A stretch of DNA of 64,000 bases. It comes from an uncultured Verrucomicrobia subdivision 3 bacterium (GTDB lineage Bacteria; Verrucomicrobiota; Verrucomicrobiia; Limisphaerales; UBA11358). The first letter of the stretch is position 1. Each line of letters begins with the position of its first letter. Shown in pieces: positions 27,601 through 35,109 of the stretch. The stretch covers positions 8,997-72,996 of the forward strand of contig CAIXUZ010000022.1 of assembly GCA_903922735.1 (NCBI GenBank), read 5' to 3'. Made by a program: the position numbers and the translations under genes. The notes beneath the pieces were generated by a model, which had not been told where the DNA came from, searched no databases, and saw only the letters and a program-made list of their open reading frames with translations.

Positions 27601-28029
27601 GGCAAGATCCAAGCGGTCCGGGTAACAAAAATAGAGCAGTGTAGGCCGACTAGACGGACTTTCAAATTCGATACGCTGGCCCCAAGTCTGCTTCCGCTTT
27701 CCATCCGGCCAAGTGAACTCAAGGCCAATGAAGGTCACTACCTGATCACGAGCAAATTCTTCGGCACTGTCCGTGCCGGTATTGGTATCACACAAGCAAT
27801 ACCCCTTAAGGAGACGTTTGGAAGCATCGCCCGTGGCCGCCCGGTTAAAACGCGCATGACTCCCCAACAGGACGCGTTGAATCAAATCCAACAGGGCGGA
27901 TTTACCAGAACCATAATCACCCGTGATGAGCAGGTTGCTGTTCACTTCCATCACCTGATTAAAGCCATACCAGTTCACGGCAATAATCCGCGTGAGCCGG
28001 ATCGGATGCTTAAGATTGTTGCGTTTCAT
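24667..28029 (-). CDS. jetC: Wadjet JetC (SMC/MukB-like ATPase)
   Basis: 1120 aa. N-terminal Walker A ITGDYGSGKSALLD, long coiled-coil middle, C-terminal LSGGESQSPFFLAMLAS signature and LVAMDEAFSKL Walker B. Confidence 0.88.
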   Translation of the reverse strand: MKRNNLKHPIRLTRIIAVNWYGFNQVMEVNSNLLITGDYGSGKSALLDLIQRVLLGSHARFNRAATGDASKRLLKGYCLCDTNTGTDSAEEFARDQVVTFIGLEFTWPDGKRKQTWGQRIEFESPSSRPTLLYFCYPDRLDLAQTCDEQGDFLEEAPFRAWLKREGGDVWDREESYLDNLSHAASLNFNLKSLLKTLPESLAFQRITRFDEFIRERLLAETPLEIDAVRRSLEVHEDYARKLQRYENQLLFLKRIASHHEDQLAADKQARLMRVLEKDFELKRTVEAREAAAELLISLRSQAEDEQRNLSATSSKREAAKLAMDAARVLLSKEGGDELLNLRNRQKQLHAEVVGLTQRRTDTLSQLRERAESWKRWLQLGRQLPGGLLADGIEPRADLLSSIFSGTVESGLAALPALADHFNGLRVKAATEQSIYSGKVTSLTREVNALKEDMRKLDSNRTHGDFPLRDYFEKKLPRTPGAFGPEQLCRLTEIKPEAEQWRPALELFLRNNRFSLILDPQRHLLAQQLLDKEFDRETRREPLVDPDEALKLDAQVLPNSLAEKVTASHPVARAFLDHLLGRVVCVDSPSQFKGKPRAITVNAVLWNRPVTSKLGRTADFDPVIGIKGLEAMKQRKLKILAEKSADLLKAQEVSQRLTRWIEGGEELHLGAAVLVSGAEGFALLETKQNELASVKNQLAVLAKPDLEERVAEVQRLDSEHTELVALEARLKDKDTVKRIRDQEERHTSLLTTESERRLNFEECVAHFGQGLPSQIREESAAVFLSDYRNWDDRIKRAIELRGEEAKKAETARGEKIRERALLRQQFAEFSRFNELDDSNDDYDAERRLLEDQKVEEYRLKSDESKKDWEDRLKQHVMSELKRRTDQVVKDIKQLNSSIDEPIGHNHYRISWDQRHDSDFDQLWKLLKNGLEVTDPLVAAIHDPEIEAAKAKLMEALKSPADSPLRLRLDYREYFKFDMKAKDQRLPEDTGWSSLNRHAGKLSGGESQSPFFLAMLASFLRAYHRAEPGSLSRRDTLGLVAMDEAFSKLSGEGVSSCMSTADALGLQLVLAMPDKDAPSALRGANTILMITIHKSIGPDGRVVIENWAHPARAHDTLAELES

Positions 28030-28672
28030 TAGCGGCTAGCGGTTCGGCCGGTTCGGCCGGCTCGGCTTGGTTAAACTTTTCCATCTGAACAGACCAGGCT
28101 TCCAGCCCAGCAAAGGGCATCACATATAGCACCGTGGGCAGCACCTGCAATTCTGACTGACCAGGAGTGGACTCGCTCCAGGAATACCTGACCAGATTAC
28201 GCCTTTGAAGCGCCGCCAAAACACGATTATAGGTTCCGGGCTTCGGAGGAGTCTGGAGCAAATTCGGAAGATACGATTTCAATTTGGTAAAAAAGTCATC
28301 CAGAGAAAGAATGACAGCCCCACCCTTACCAGCCTGCCGATGCTCATCGTAAATTTTCCATAGGGCGAGCACAAACAGGGACTCCGTCTGGTCAAAACGT
28401 CGTTGCAAGGCGCAGGTGTCCAAGGGCCGGGCTTGGAGAACCAAACGCTCATCATCGTTAATTAAATCCATGTCCAGCAAGCCCAACACAGACCGAAGCG
28501 GTTCAAACCACACACCGGACGCGCGCTGATATAGATCACGCGAGCGGGGTTCAAAACCAAGCACGGAACCGCGATCTAATAGTTCGGCAAGGGCGTCCTT
28601 AAAGCCCCGCTGATCCGCCTCCGGCAAGGTGAGAATAGAAACAAGAGAATGTGACGTCGTATCCATGTTCAT
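28010..28672 (-). CDS. jetB: Wadjet JetB (DUF4194, MukE-like)
   Basis: 220-aa protein between jetA and jetC with overlapping junctions. Size and position fit JetB. Confidence 0.75.
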   Translation of the reverse strand: MNMDTTSHSLVSILTLPEADQRGFKDALAELLDRGSVLGFEPRSRDLYQRASGVWFEPLRSVLGLLDMDLINDDERLVLQARPLDTCALQRRFDQTESLFVLALWKIYDEHRQAGKGGAVILSLDDFFTKLKSYLPNLLQTPPKPGTYNRVLAALQRRNLVRYSWSESTPGQSELQVLPTVLYVMPFAGLEAWSVQMEKFNQAEPAEPAEPLAANETQQS

Positions 28673-30312
28673 GCAATTCGCTCAAGGGTGAATCTTTCAA
28701 TCTGAAGCCCGTGGTGCTGATCTAACGGAACATTTTCCGGGTGCCATGGATCGTTGCGATTAGCAGGAGTGACTAGCCACCGCATCGTTCCGTAATGCTG
28801 ATGCAGCACCGAAGCAAGCAAATCAAACATGTCATCCTCCGTTCGCGAGCGAAACTCGTTAGTCGCGCAATGGTCACCAACCTTTGGCAGCCGGGTGCGG
28901 ATAAATTTGGCAGCGCGCATTGGGCTCAAAGACTCATTATATCGCTTACGCAGGCGCTCCAGCGCCTGATTATCGCCAGCCCGTAAAACCCTAATTGCCC
29001 CGGACATTTTTACTGGCTCTCGCCGCTGGCGAGGAAACAGCAATGATTCCACACCCGAAAAAGATTCCAACTCCGGCACCAATGGGCCTGGCAATTTAAG
29101 ATCCGGCAAAGAGGTGAAACTCCGATCCTTTGCCTGCAAGTCCACTTGCTCAAACACACGTTTAATCAGGTCAGCATGCCGCCCACTGCGATCATTGACG
29201 TAACTAAACCGTTCGTAAGAAACTTTATGAAAATGCGACACCCGGCCATCGATTTGCCTGGCCATGGCCGTGATACTACCCAAGGTGTCAGCAAGATGGT
29301 CCAAGAGAGCATTCACCTGCTCGCGGGCCTCTGGCTCCTCCGTTTCACTTCTTGCCGCCAAGGCCGAGGCCAGATGTTGTTTAACCCCATAATCCCAACG
29401 AAAATCATCAACCTTTCGACGAGCATCATCCAAACGATTGACTAAACCTTTTGCAAACAGTTCGTCATAGCAAACCTGATGTTGTCCTGCGCCAAATTCG
29501 TCAAAGAAAATACGGAGGTTATCTTTTCCCGTAGCAGCTTTTCCTTGTCGATCAATAAACTGACGAAGAATCAAATAGACATGGCTCAATTGGTTGGTAG
29601 CAGACTCGGCCCGGCGAGATAAATCGGACAGCTTGGAAAACATTTCATCCGATGACCGATACCGCGGATCAAATGCCCCCGGTTCGGTCAACGCCTCACA
29701 AACTCCACGCAACGTGTCGGCAAATGAATGCACCTCAGCCCGACCGACGGATGACATTTTACGAAAGGCATCAAGCAACCACCGGATAGTCGGTTCAACG
29801 ACAACGCGTCGGTCGTCAATGCCAAGATCGCGCTCGTCCAACCACCCCGCAGCATAAAGCCGGTTGAATACATGATTAGCCTTGGCCTTAGCGTCAATCA
29901 AGGAGGTCTCAACTTGGCCATCAGGCTGCTCCCAATCAACTTCACGATGAAAAGCGATACTTTCCGCAATCAAATGCAGCGCATCAGAACGTAATAACTC
30001 CCCCGCACTGGCTGCGCTTTCACGATCCAAACGATCAATGCAGTCAATCAAAGCGGGGGCCGTCCTGCGATCTGCCAATGGATTAAAAAACGCAGGGGAA
30101 GTAACAGCCAATAGTGCGGCGGAAAGCGGAGGGGGTTGCGCTGGTGGTTTGGCCATATCTATTGAGACCTGATGAGCCTCATCACGAGTTGCTACGGTCA
30201 TTTCCAGGAGCGACATGGCGGAATTATGAAGGGAGTTGGGCGTAACGCCAAGTGTGAAGGGTGATGCGGTTTGAGGTGAGCAAATATTGGACGCCCTTTT
30301 GAGTTTCGACAA
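28669..30312 (-). CDS. jetA: Wadjet JetA (DUF3375, MukF-like kleisin)
   Basis: About 515-547 aa and first in the four-gene operon, with an ATGA overlap to jetB. TTG start at 30312, alternative ATG at 30216. Confidence 0.75.
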   Translation of the reverse strand: MSKLKRASNICSPQTASPFTLGVTPNSLHNSAMSLLEMTVATRDEAHQVSIDMAKPPAQPPPLSAALLAVTSPAFFNPLADRRTAPALIDCIDRLDRESAASAGELLRSDALHLIAESIAFHREVDWEQPDGQVETSLIDAKAKANHVFNRLYAAGWLDERDLGIDDRRVVVEPTIRWLLDAFRKMSSVGRAEVHSFADTLRGVCEALTEPGAFDPRYRSSDEMFSKLSDLSRRAESATNQLSHVYLILRQFIDRQGKAATGKDNLRIFFDEFGAGQHQVCYDELFAKGLVNRLDDARRKVDDFRWDYGVKQHLASALAARSETEEPEAREQVNALLDHLADTLGSITAMARQIDGRVSHFHKVSYERFSYVNDRSGRHADLIKRVFEQVDLQAKDRSFTSLPDLKLPGPLVPELESFSGVESLLFPRQRREPVKMSGAIRVLRAGDNQALERLRKRYNESLSPMRAAKFIRTRLPKVGDHCATNEFRSRTEDDMFDLLASVLHQHYGTMRWLVTPANRNDPWHPENVPLDQHHGLQIERFTLERIA

Positions 30313-30561
30313 TCTGCTCGATAAAATCTTTAAATATCATGAATCAACTATAACGGATGGGGTGGGACAAATACGGGGTAAGGGGCGAAATATTCCAAAA
30401 ATTCTTGGGCTGGGTTGTGAATAAGTTTTGCACCTTATAAACAGTGGTGGGTTTGCATTTGTTCTACCTCTTCTACCAGGCTGGATGCATGAAAAAAACT
30501 GAAAAATTAACCGTTTAAACTTGGTTCGATACTGGATTATGACTAGTAGTACCACTAATTC

Positions 30562-31221
30562 TTAATCCTCGTTCGGTGTTGAGCGGGCAATTACCCAAGC
30601 AGGCAAGGCCATTGGCAAAAAACCAGCGGCAGAAGTAAATATTCCTTGAGATGGGGCGCTTGTGCAATGCGAGACGATCCCAATCAATTCACCCGCATGG
30701 TTGACTACGGGACCGCCGCTGGATCCATTGGGAATTTCGCTTTCTGTATCAAATGAAAAGGTGGAGTTTCCTAAAAAATAAGTCGCTGTCCCAGCCACCC
30801 AAGATTCACGATGTGTCCAAACCCATACTGGAAACCTTTCCCCCAGTTTTAAATTTGGAATGTTTTTCAATAATTTAACGGGGATGACTGGTTCACACGA
30901 TTCATCAAAGGCGACTGATTCATAATAATAATTTTGAGGGTCGGGACTGCCAAGCACAGCGATGTCGCTTACCGCTTCAACTGCCAGCGTGGTGGCAAGG
31001 AAATCGCCGACTTTGGTTTTGATATTGTTCAAGTAACCCTCCCCGTTTGTGACCATATTTCCGGTCGAATCCCAATTCGCACAATGAGATGCCGTGATTA
31101 CAAGGTCGCCTTCGATCAACACACAAAGACCTTTGCCGCGATCTCTTGAATGGATTTTGAACGTGGCTCCAGCAACGAGTTTTTTTATTTCCTCAGAAAT
31201 GATCATGGCTCGAAATGGCAT
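30562..31221 (-). CDS. Cytoplasmic trypsin-like (S1 family) serine peptidase
   Basis: His motif VITASHCANW and Ser motif IPNGSSGGPVVNHAGELIGI. No signal peptide. Confidence 0.75.
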   Translation of the reverse strand: MPFRAMIISEEIKKLVAGATFKIHSRDRGKGLCVLIEGDLVITASHCANWDSTGNMVTNGEGYLNNIKTKVGDFLATTLAVEAVSDIAVLGSPDPQNYYYESVAFDESCEPVIPVKLLKNIPNLKLGERFPVWVWTHRESWVAGTATYFLGNSTFSFDTESEIPNGSSGGPVVNHAGELIGIVSHCTSAPSQGIFTSAAGFLPMALPAWVIARSTPNED

Positions 31222-31553
31222 CGCGACCGTTTCACGGCAAGCCCCAACCGCGGTAGGCGCCGGCGACTTCCAAGAGAAGGCAAAAGGTGAAATCGCATGC
31301 GCTCATGAGTTGATCAAATCGGATTTGCGATTTTCTTTCAAGGACTTTAATCACAACAAAAATCGTAAAAATCCGCTTGTGCGGTTTTTTTCATTAGCAA
31401 CCACCAAGATTTGTGATAAGATGCTTTCAACATTAGGAGCGTCAGCCGTAGAGCTGACCGGCAACCGAGCGAAAGCTACGGTGCCTAGAGCCAGAGAGGA
31501 TTTTCTGGTTCGATGAGCGGAACTCACAGTTCCGAACAACATCTGTAAAGATG

Positions 31554-31590
31554 AACCGCCCTGATGTCATGTTTGGGCGGTTTTTTATTT
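31554..31590 (+). terminator. Rho-independent terminator-like hairpin
   Basis: aaccgccc (31554-31561), 13-nt loop, gggcggtt (31575-31582), running into a T-tract (ttttttattt, 31581-31590). Confidence 0.6.
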
Positions 31591-31624
31591 GCAGGCTTCT
31601 GGTGTGTTTGAAAGCAGGCACACA

Positions 31625-31924
31625 ATGAAAATCAATACCGACCGTAAGGCGTGGCTGGATGATCAAAAGAGAATCAGCAGCAAATCCATCCGCGTGAAGC
31701 GTTCCGACGTGGACGTGTTTAAGAACAGCCGCGCCCACGGCATCCTCGCTCAACCAGCCATCCTGCAAGGCGAAGTGAAGAACCACGACCAGCTGTTCGA
31801 CTACGTTCGCATATTTGCGGGTGGCGAACCGGTAATCGTGGTCGGCCACGGCTGGAATCCAACGGAGCAGTTTGTTGCGCAGATGACGGTCAAGGAGTTC
31901 ATCCGGCATTGGCAAGGGGACTGA
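31625..31924 (+). CDS. Hypothetical protein (99 aa)
   Basis: MKINTDRKAWLDDQKRISSKSIRVKRSDVDVF... looks protein-like, whereas the overlapping minus-strand ORF 31442-31915 does not. Confidence 0.45.
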   Translation: MKINTDRKAWLDDQKRISSKSIRVKRSDVDVFKNSRAHGILAQPAILQGEVKNHDQLFDYVRIFAGGEPVIVVGHGWNPTEQFVAQMTVKEFIRHWQGD

Positions 31925-32058
31925 TAATTGACATTCCTAATCTGCCCTTGTCAGGCCAAGCCAAAAGGCTCAAAGCAGGCGAAATTCGAACGCAGAATTG
32001 ATGGGATAGAATGGGGGCACGAGTCCGCCAACTGACATGAAACCGGTATAGTAAACGA

Positions 32059-32167
32059 GTGCAACAAATAGGTGTTGCAACCGTGGGTTGCACCGAAAAA
32101 ACAGAAAATGTTTCAGCTGTATTGCGGAGCGAAAACCAATGGCCTTCCGTGCAACAGATTGCAACAC
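32059..32167. promoter_or_regulatory. Cluster of GTGCAACA(G/A) / (G/A)TTGCAAC motifs, right end of island 1 (possible arm-type sites)
   Basis: gtgcaacaaa (32059-68), gtgttgcaacc (32072-82), gggttgcacc (32085-94), cgtgcaacag (32148-57) and attgcaacac (32158-67). They match the motifs at 418-476. Confidence 0.45.
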
Positions 32168-32287
32168 CCTAAGTGTGAAATGGTGCATGAAACGGGCGTT
32201 TCGTGAGTTTTCGGCGAAGTGCGATTATCGCTTTTATTCATGCGTGGAAGGGGTGTGTTTAGGGGGTCGTCGCGCAAGGGAAGTTTT

Positions 32288-32331
32288 GGTTTAGCAAACC
32301 AGCGCCTTCAGCCACTCGGCCATCTCTCCAA
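32288..32331. repeat. 44-bp direct repeat, copy 2 (orphan 5' half of tRNA-Ser)
   Basis: Identical to 347-390. The sequence to its left does not continue the tRNA 3' half. Confidence 0.9.
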
Positions 32332-32568
32332 CCTGTTGACGATTAGAATGCGGTATTCCGGCCGAATACCTTGCGTTTCGTCGCGCGTGAATTTTGCAGG
32401 ACTTCGCCTTGGTGGCAAGCGGATTCGTAATGGCATCAATCCGATGGGCTGACGCGGAACGGCATTTGAAAGGAGGGAGGCTGAACTTTCGCTGTGGATG
32501 AAAGTATGGCGCCCGCGAGCTTTTCATTCTGCTTTGTGTCCGGGCGTCTTCGTGGTTATTTTATCCGC

Positions 32569-33891
32569 ATGAATCGCATCCAATCCGACCAGCTTTTTGT
32601 CGAGGCGTTGAAATACATCCCCGGCGGCGTCAATTCGCCGGTGCGCGCCTTTCGCGCGGTGGGCGGCAATCCCTTTTTCGTCAACCGGGCCAGCGGCTCC
32701 AGGGTCTGGGATGTGGACGGCAATGAGCTGATTGATTATGTGCTCACGTGGGGGCCGGCCATCCTCGGCCATGCGCACCCGAAAATCATTGCCGCCGTCA
32801 AGGCCGCCGCCGAATTGGGCACGAGCTTCGGCATCCCGAATCCGCTCGAAGTCACGATGGCCAGGCTCATCTGCGGGCTGGTGCCGAGCGTGCAGAAGGT
32901 GCGCATGACGAGCAGCGGCACGGAGGCGTGCATGAGCGCCATCCGGCTGGCGCGCGGGTTCACGAAGCGCGACAAGATCATCAAGTTCGACGGCTGCTAC
33001 CACGGCCATGTGGATTCGCTGCTGGTGCGGGCGGGCAGCGGCGCGCTGACGTTCGGCCACCCGGACAGCGCCGGGGTGCCCGCGGCTTTTACGTCGCACA
33101 CCATCGTCGCGCCCTACAATGACGTGGACGCGGTGAAGGCGATTTTCGCGGCGAACCAGGGCCAGATCGCCGGCATCATCGTGGAACCGGTGCCGGGCAA
33201 TGCGGGCTTGTATCTGCCCCGGCCGGGCTATCTGGAGTTTTTGAGTGAGATCACCAAAGCCCACGGCGCACTGTTGATTTTCGATGAAGTGATGACGGGC
33301 TTCCGCCTGGCCCGCGGCGGCGCGCAGGAGCGGTTCGGCATCACGCCGGACTTGAGCACGTTCGGCAAGGTCATCGGCGGCGGGCTGCCGGTGGGCGCGT
33401 TCGGCGGCCGCGCGGAGATCATGGATTGTCTCGCGCCGCTCGGTCCGGTGTATCAGGCGGGAACCTTGAGCGGCAACCCGGTGGCGATGGCGGCGGGGCT
33501 GGCGAATCTGCAAGAACTCGGGGCAGGTAGGGACGCCGCGCTGCGGCGTCCGGACAGCGCGGCGCGCTGTCCCTACCAGCAACTCGAGGAGCGCGGCGCG
33601 CAGCTCGAAGCGGGAATGAAAGACGCGGCGAAATCCGCCGGTGTTCCCGTAACCTTCAACCGCTGCGGCTCGATGTTCTGCGGCTACTTCACGAGCCAGC
33701 CGGTTCACAACGTGGCGGACGCGATGCACAGCGACCGCGAGAAGTTTAAGAAGTTTTTCCACGGCATGCTGGACGCGGGGGTTTACCTCGCGCCGTCGCA
33801 GTTCGAATCCGGATTCCTTTCCACCGCGCACACGGCGGCGGACATCGAAAAGACCGTCGGCGCGGCGGCGAAGGTCATGCGGACGCTGTAA
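32569..33891 (+). CDS. hemL: Glutamate-1-semialdehyde 2,1-aminomutase
   Basis: [49 protein letters not shown]. The ATG at 32569 lies inside the track ORF 32494-33891. Confidence 0.93.
   Translation: MNRIQSDQLFVEALKYIPGGVNSPVRAFRAVGGNPFFVNRASGSRVWDVDGNELIDYVLTWGPAILGHAHPKIIAAVKAAAELGTSFGIPNPLEVTMARLICGLVPSVQKVRMTSSGTEACMSAIRLARGFTKRDKIIKFDGCYHGHVDSLLVRAGSGALTFGHPDSAGVPAAFTSHTIVAPYNDVDAVKAIFAANQGQIAGIIVEPVPGNAGLYLPRPGYLEFLSEITKAHGALLIFDEVMTGFRLARGGAQERFGITPDLSTFGKVIGGGLPVGAFGGRAEIMDCLAPLGPVYQAGTLSGNPVAMAAGLANLQELGAGRDAALRRPDSAARCPYQQLEERGAQLEAGMKDAAKSAGVPVTFNRCGSMFCGYFTSQPVHNVADAMHSDREKFKKFFHGMLDAGVYLAPSQFESGFLSTAHTAADIEKTVGAAAKVMRTL
33526..33577. repeat. Compound palindromic element inserted in frame in hemL
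   Basis: ggtag + ggacgccgc-gct-gcggcgtcc + ggacagcgc-ggc-gcgctgtcc + ctacc: two 9-bp-stem hairpins flanked by ggtag/ctacc. It encodes an extra ~17 aa ([18 protein letters not shown]) in a loop that is shorter in the E. coli HemL sequence I recall. Confidence 0.7.
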
Positions 33892-33970
33892 CCTTTTCGA
33901 TAATGGCTCGTCTTATCACCTATCCGCCACCAACCAAAACCGGCGGTTTACACCCATAACCAAAGGAAAT

Positions 33971-34369
33971 ATGATGAAAATGACCAAAACATTCGCAATT
34001 GTGACCCTTGTGGCCGGCAGCCTGTTTGCCGGCAGCCTCGCGCTGCAAGCGGAAGATGCCCCCAAGACCCCGTCGGCTGGCGGTGGTGCTCATGCCCGCC
34101 AGGGCGGTGACATGATGAAGGATCTGGGCCTCACCCCCGACCAGGAAACCAAGGTCAAGGCGGCCCGGGAAGAAATGATGACCGCCATGAAGGCGCTGGC
34201 GCCGGAAGACCGGAAAACAAAGGGGAAGGAAATCCGTGAGGCCTTTGCGGCCAAGTTGAAGACCATCCTCACGCCGGAACAGTTCGAGAAATGGCAGAAG
34301 CACATGCAGCAAAACCGTCCTCAAGGGGCCGGTGGCGGCGAGAAGGCCAAAACTCCGGCCACGCAATAA
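33971..34369 (+). CDS. Small secreted LTXXQ-motif (Spy/CpxP-like) protein
   Basis: Signal peptide MMKMTKTFAIVTLVAGSLFAGSLALQA, and LTPDQ / LTPEQ motifs in a helical K/E-rich protein. Confidence 0.6.
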   Translation: MMKMTKTFAIVTLVAGSLFAGSLALQAEDAPKTPSAGGGAHARQGGDMMKDLGLTPDQETKVKAAREEMMTAMKALAPEDRKTKGKEIREAFAAKLKTILTPEQFEKWQKHMQQNRPQGAGGGEKAKTPATQ

Positions 34370-34398
34370 TCATTTTCTGACCTGATGGAAAATTTCAC

Positions 34399-34427
34399 GG
34401 GACGGCTCCGGCCGTCCCTTTTTATTT
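34399..34427 (+). terminator. Rho-independent terminator
   Basis: gggacggc-tccg-gccgtccc followed by tttttattt. Confidence 0.8.
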
Positions 34428-34502
34428 CGCCTGCTGCCATTTGCCGTAAATGCGTAAATTGACATTGAGCAAACGGGCGGCGGCGGTTAATGTGTCGCCA
34501 CT

Positions 34503-34579
34503 GCGCGCGTAGCTCAACTGGATAGAGCGTCGGTCTCCGAAGCCGAAGGTTGTGGGTTCAACTCCCGCCGCGCGCACCA
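34503..34579 (+). tRNA. tRNA-Arg (anticodon CCG), CCA encoded
   Basis: GCGCGCGTAGCTCAACTGGATAGAGCGTCGGTCTCCGAAGCCGAAGGTTGTGGGTTCAACTCCCGCCGCGCGCACCA. The 7-bp acceptor stem GCGCGCG pairs with CGCGCGC, the anticodon loop is CTCCGAA, and the T-loop is TTCAACT. Confidence 0.92.
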
Positions 34580-34581
34580 TG
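34535..34581. repeat. 47-bp att repeat, copy 1 (attL; 3' part of tRNA-Arg from the anticodon loop to CCA plus 2 nt)
   Basis: ctccgaagccgaaggttgtgggttcaactcccgccgcgcgcaccatg is identical to 45493-45539. Confidence 0.92.
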
Positions 34582-35109
34582 TCAAACAACTTCTTTCCGT
34601 TGTAAAACATCAAAGGAATCAATCATTTTAGGAGAATCCGCCTTTTCCACTCGGTTGGGGTGGTCATCTGAAAATGGATTGAATCACCCTTAAAACCAGA
34701 ACAGAAACCAGAACAATTCACGGGACTGAAGAAAATGGGAATTCAAGCCGTCTGGCTTGGTTTTAGGCGTTTTGGGGGGATTCAAGACCCCTTTGGGGAC
34801 GGAAAACACGCCCCTGACCGTTTGGCGCAAGAATCCGACCCCATTCCGATGAATAGTTAAACCGTCTTGGACGGGCCGTCCATCCATCATCGGATTTTGA
34901 CTGGAATGACTACCTTCCAAAAAAATCGTCAGCGAATCCGAGCCAGATTTCAAAACCGGTTTGACGGCCTTTTCAGTCACCCCTAGATGTGAGGGAGAGT
35001 TGGATTGATTTTTATTATTACGGCGCAACTTGTCCACTTGTCTGAGTGATGAAGTGGCTTTGAAACCGTAACTTGCTCCGCACGACTTTCGTTTGTTACG
35101 CTCCGCGTC

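Larger units (their letters stand above)
347..32331. mobile_element. Putative integrative genomic island 1 (~31.9 kb) bounded by 44-bp direct repeats derived from the 5' half of tRNA-Ser; integrase degraded
   Basis: Perfect 44-bp direct repeats, an integrase N-terminal remnant adjacent to the tRNA, shared motif clusters at both ends, and many visibly low-GC accessory/defence genes inside. Confidence 0.6.

Noticed and set aside
31094-31516. 140-aa plus-strand ORF partly antisense to the protease gene
   Set aside because: Its first third overlaps the protease coding region. The remaining ~100 codons (from the ATG near 31199) could be real, but they have no supporting feature other than the downstream terminator.
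31380-31590. Resemblance of tgaccggcaacc / accgccctg to ZTP (pfl) riboswitch boxes, and of ggcaacc..gagcgaaagc to c-di-GMP-I
   Set aside because: Only partial string matches exist. The required pseudoknot and helices could not be drawn, and the downstream gene is not a purine/folate or c-di-GMP-related gene.
32524-33831. 435-aa ORF antisense to hemL
   Set aside because: It is Arg/Ala/His-rich with no motifs. It is a typical shadow frame of a GC-rich gene whose sense strand is unmistakably hemL.
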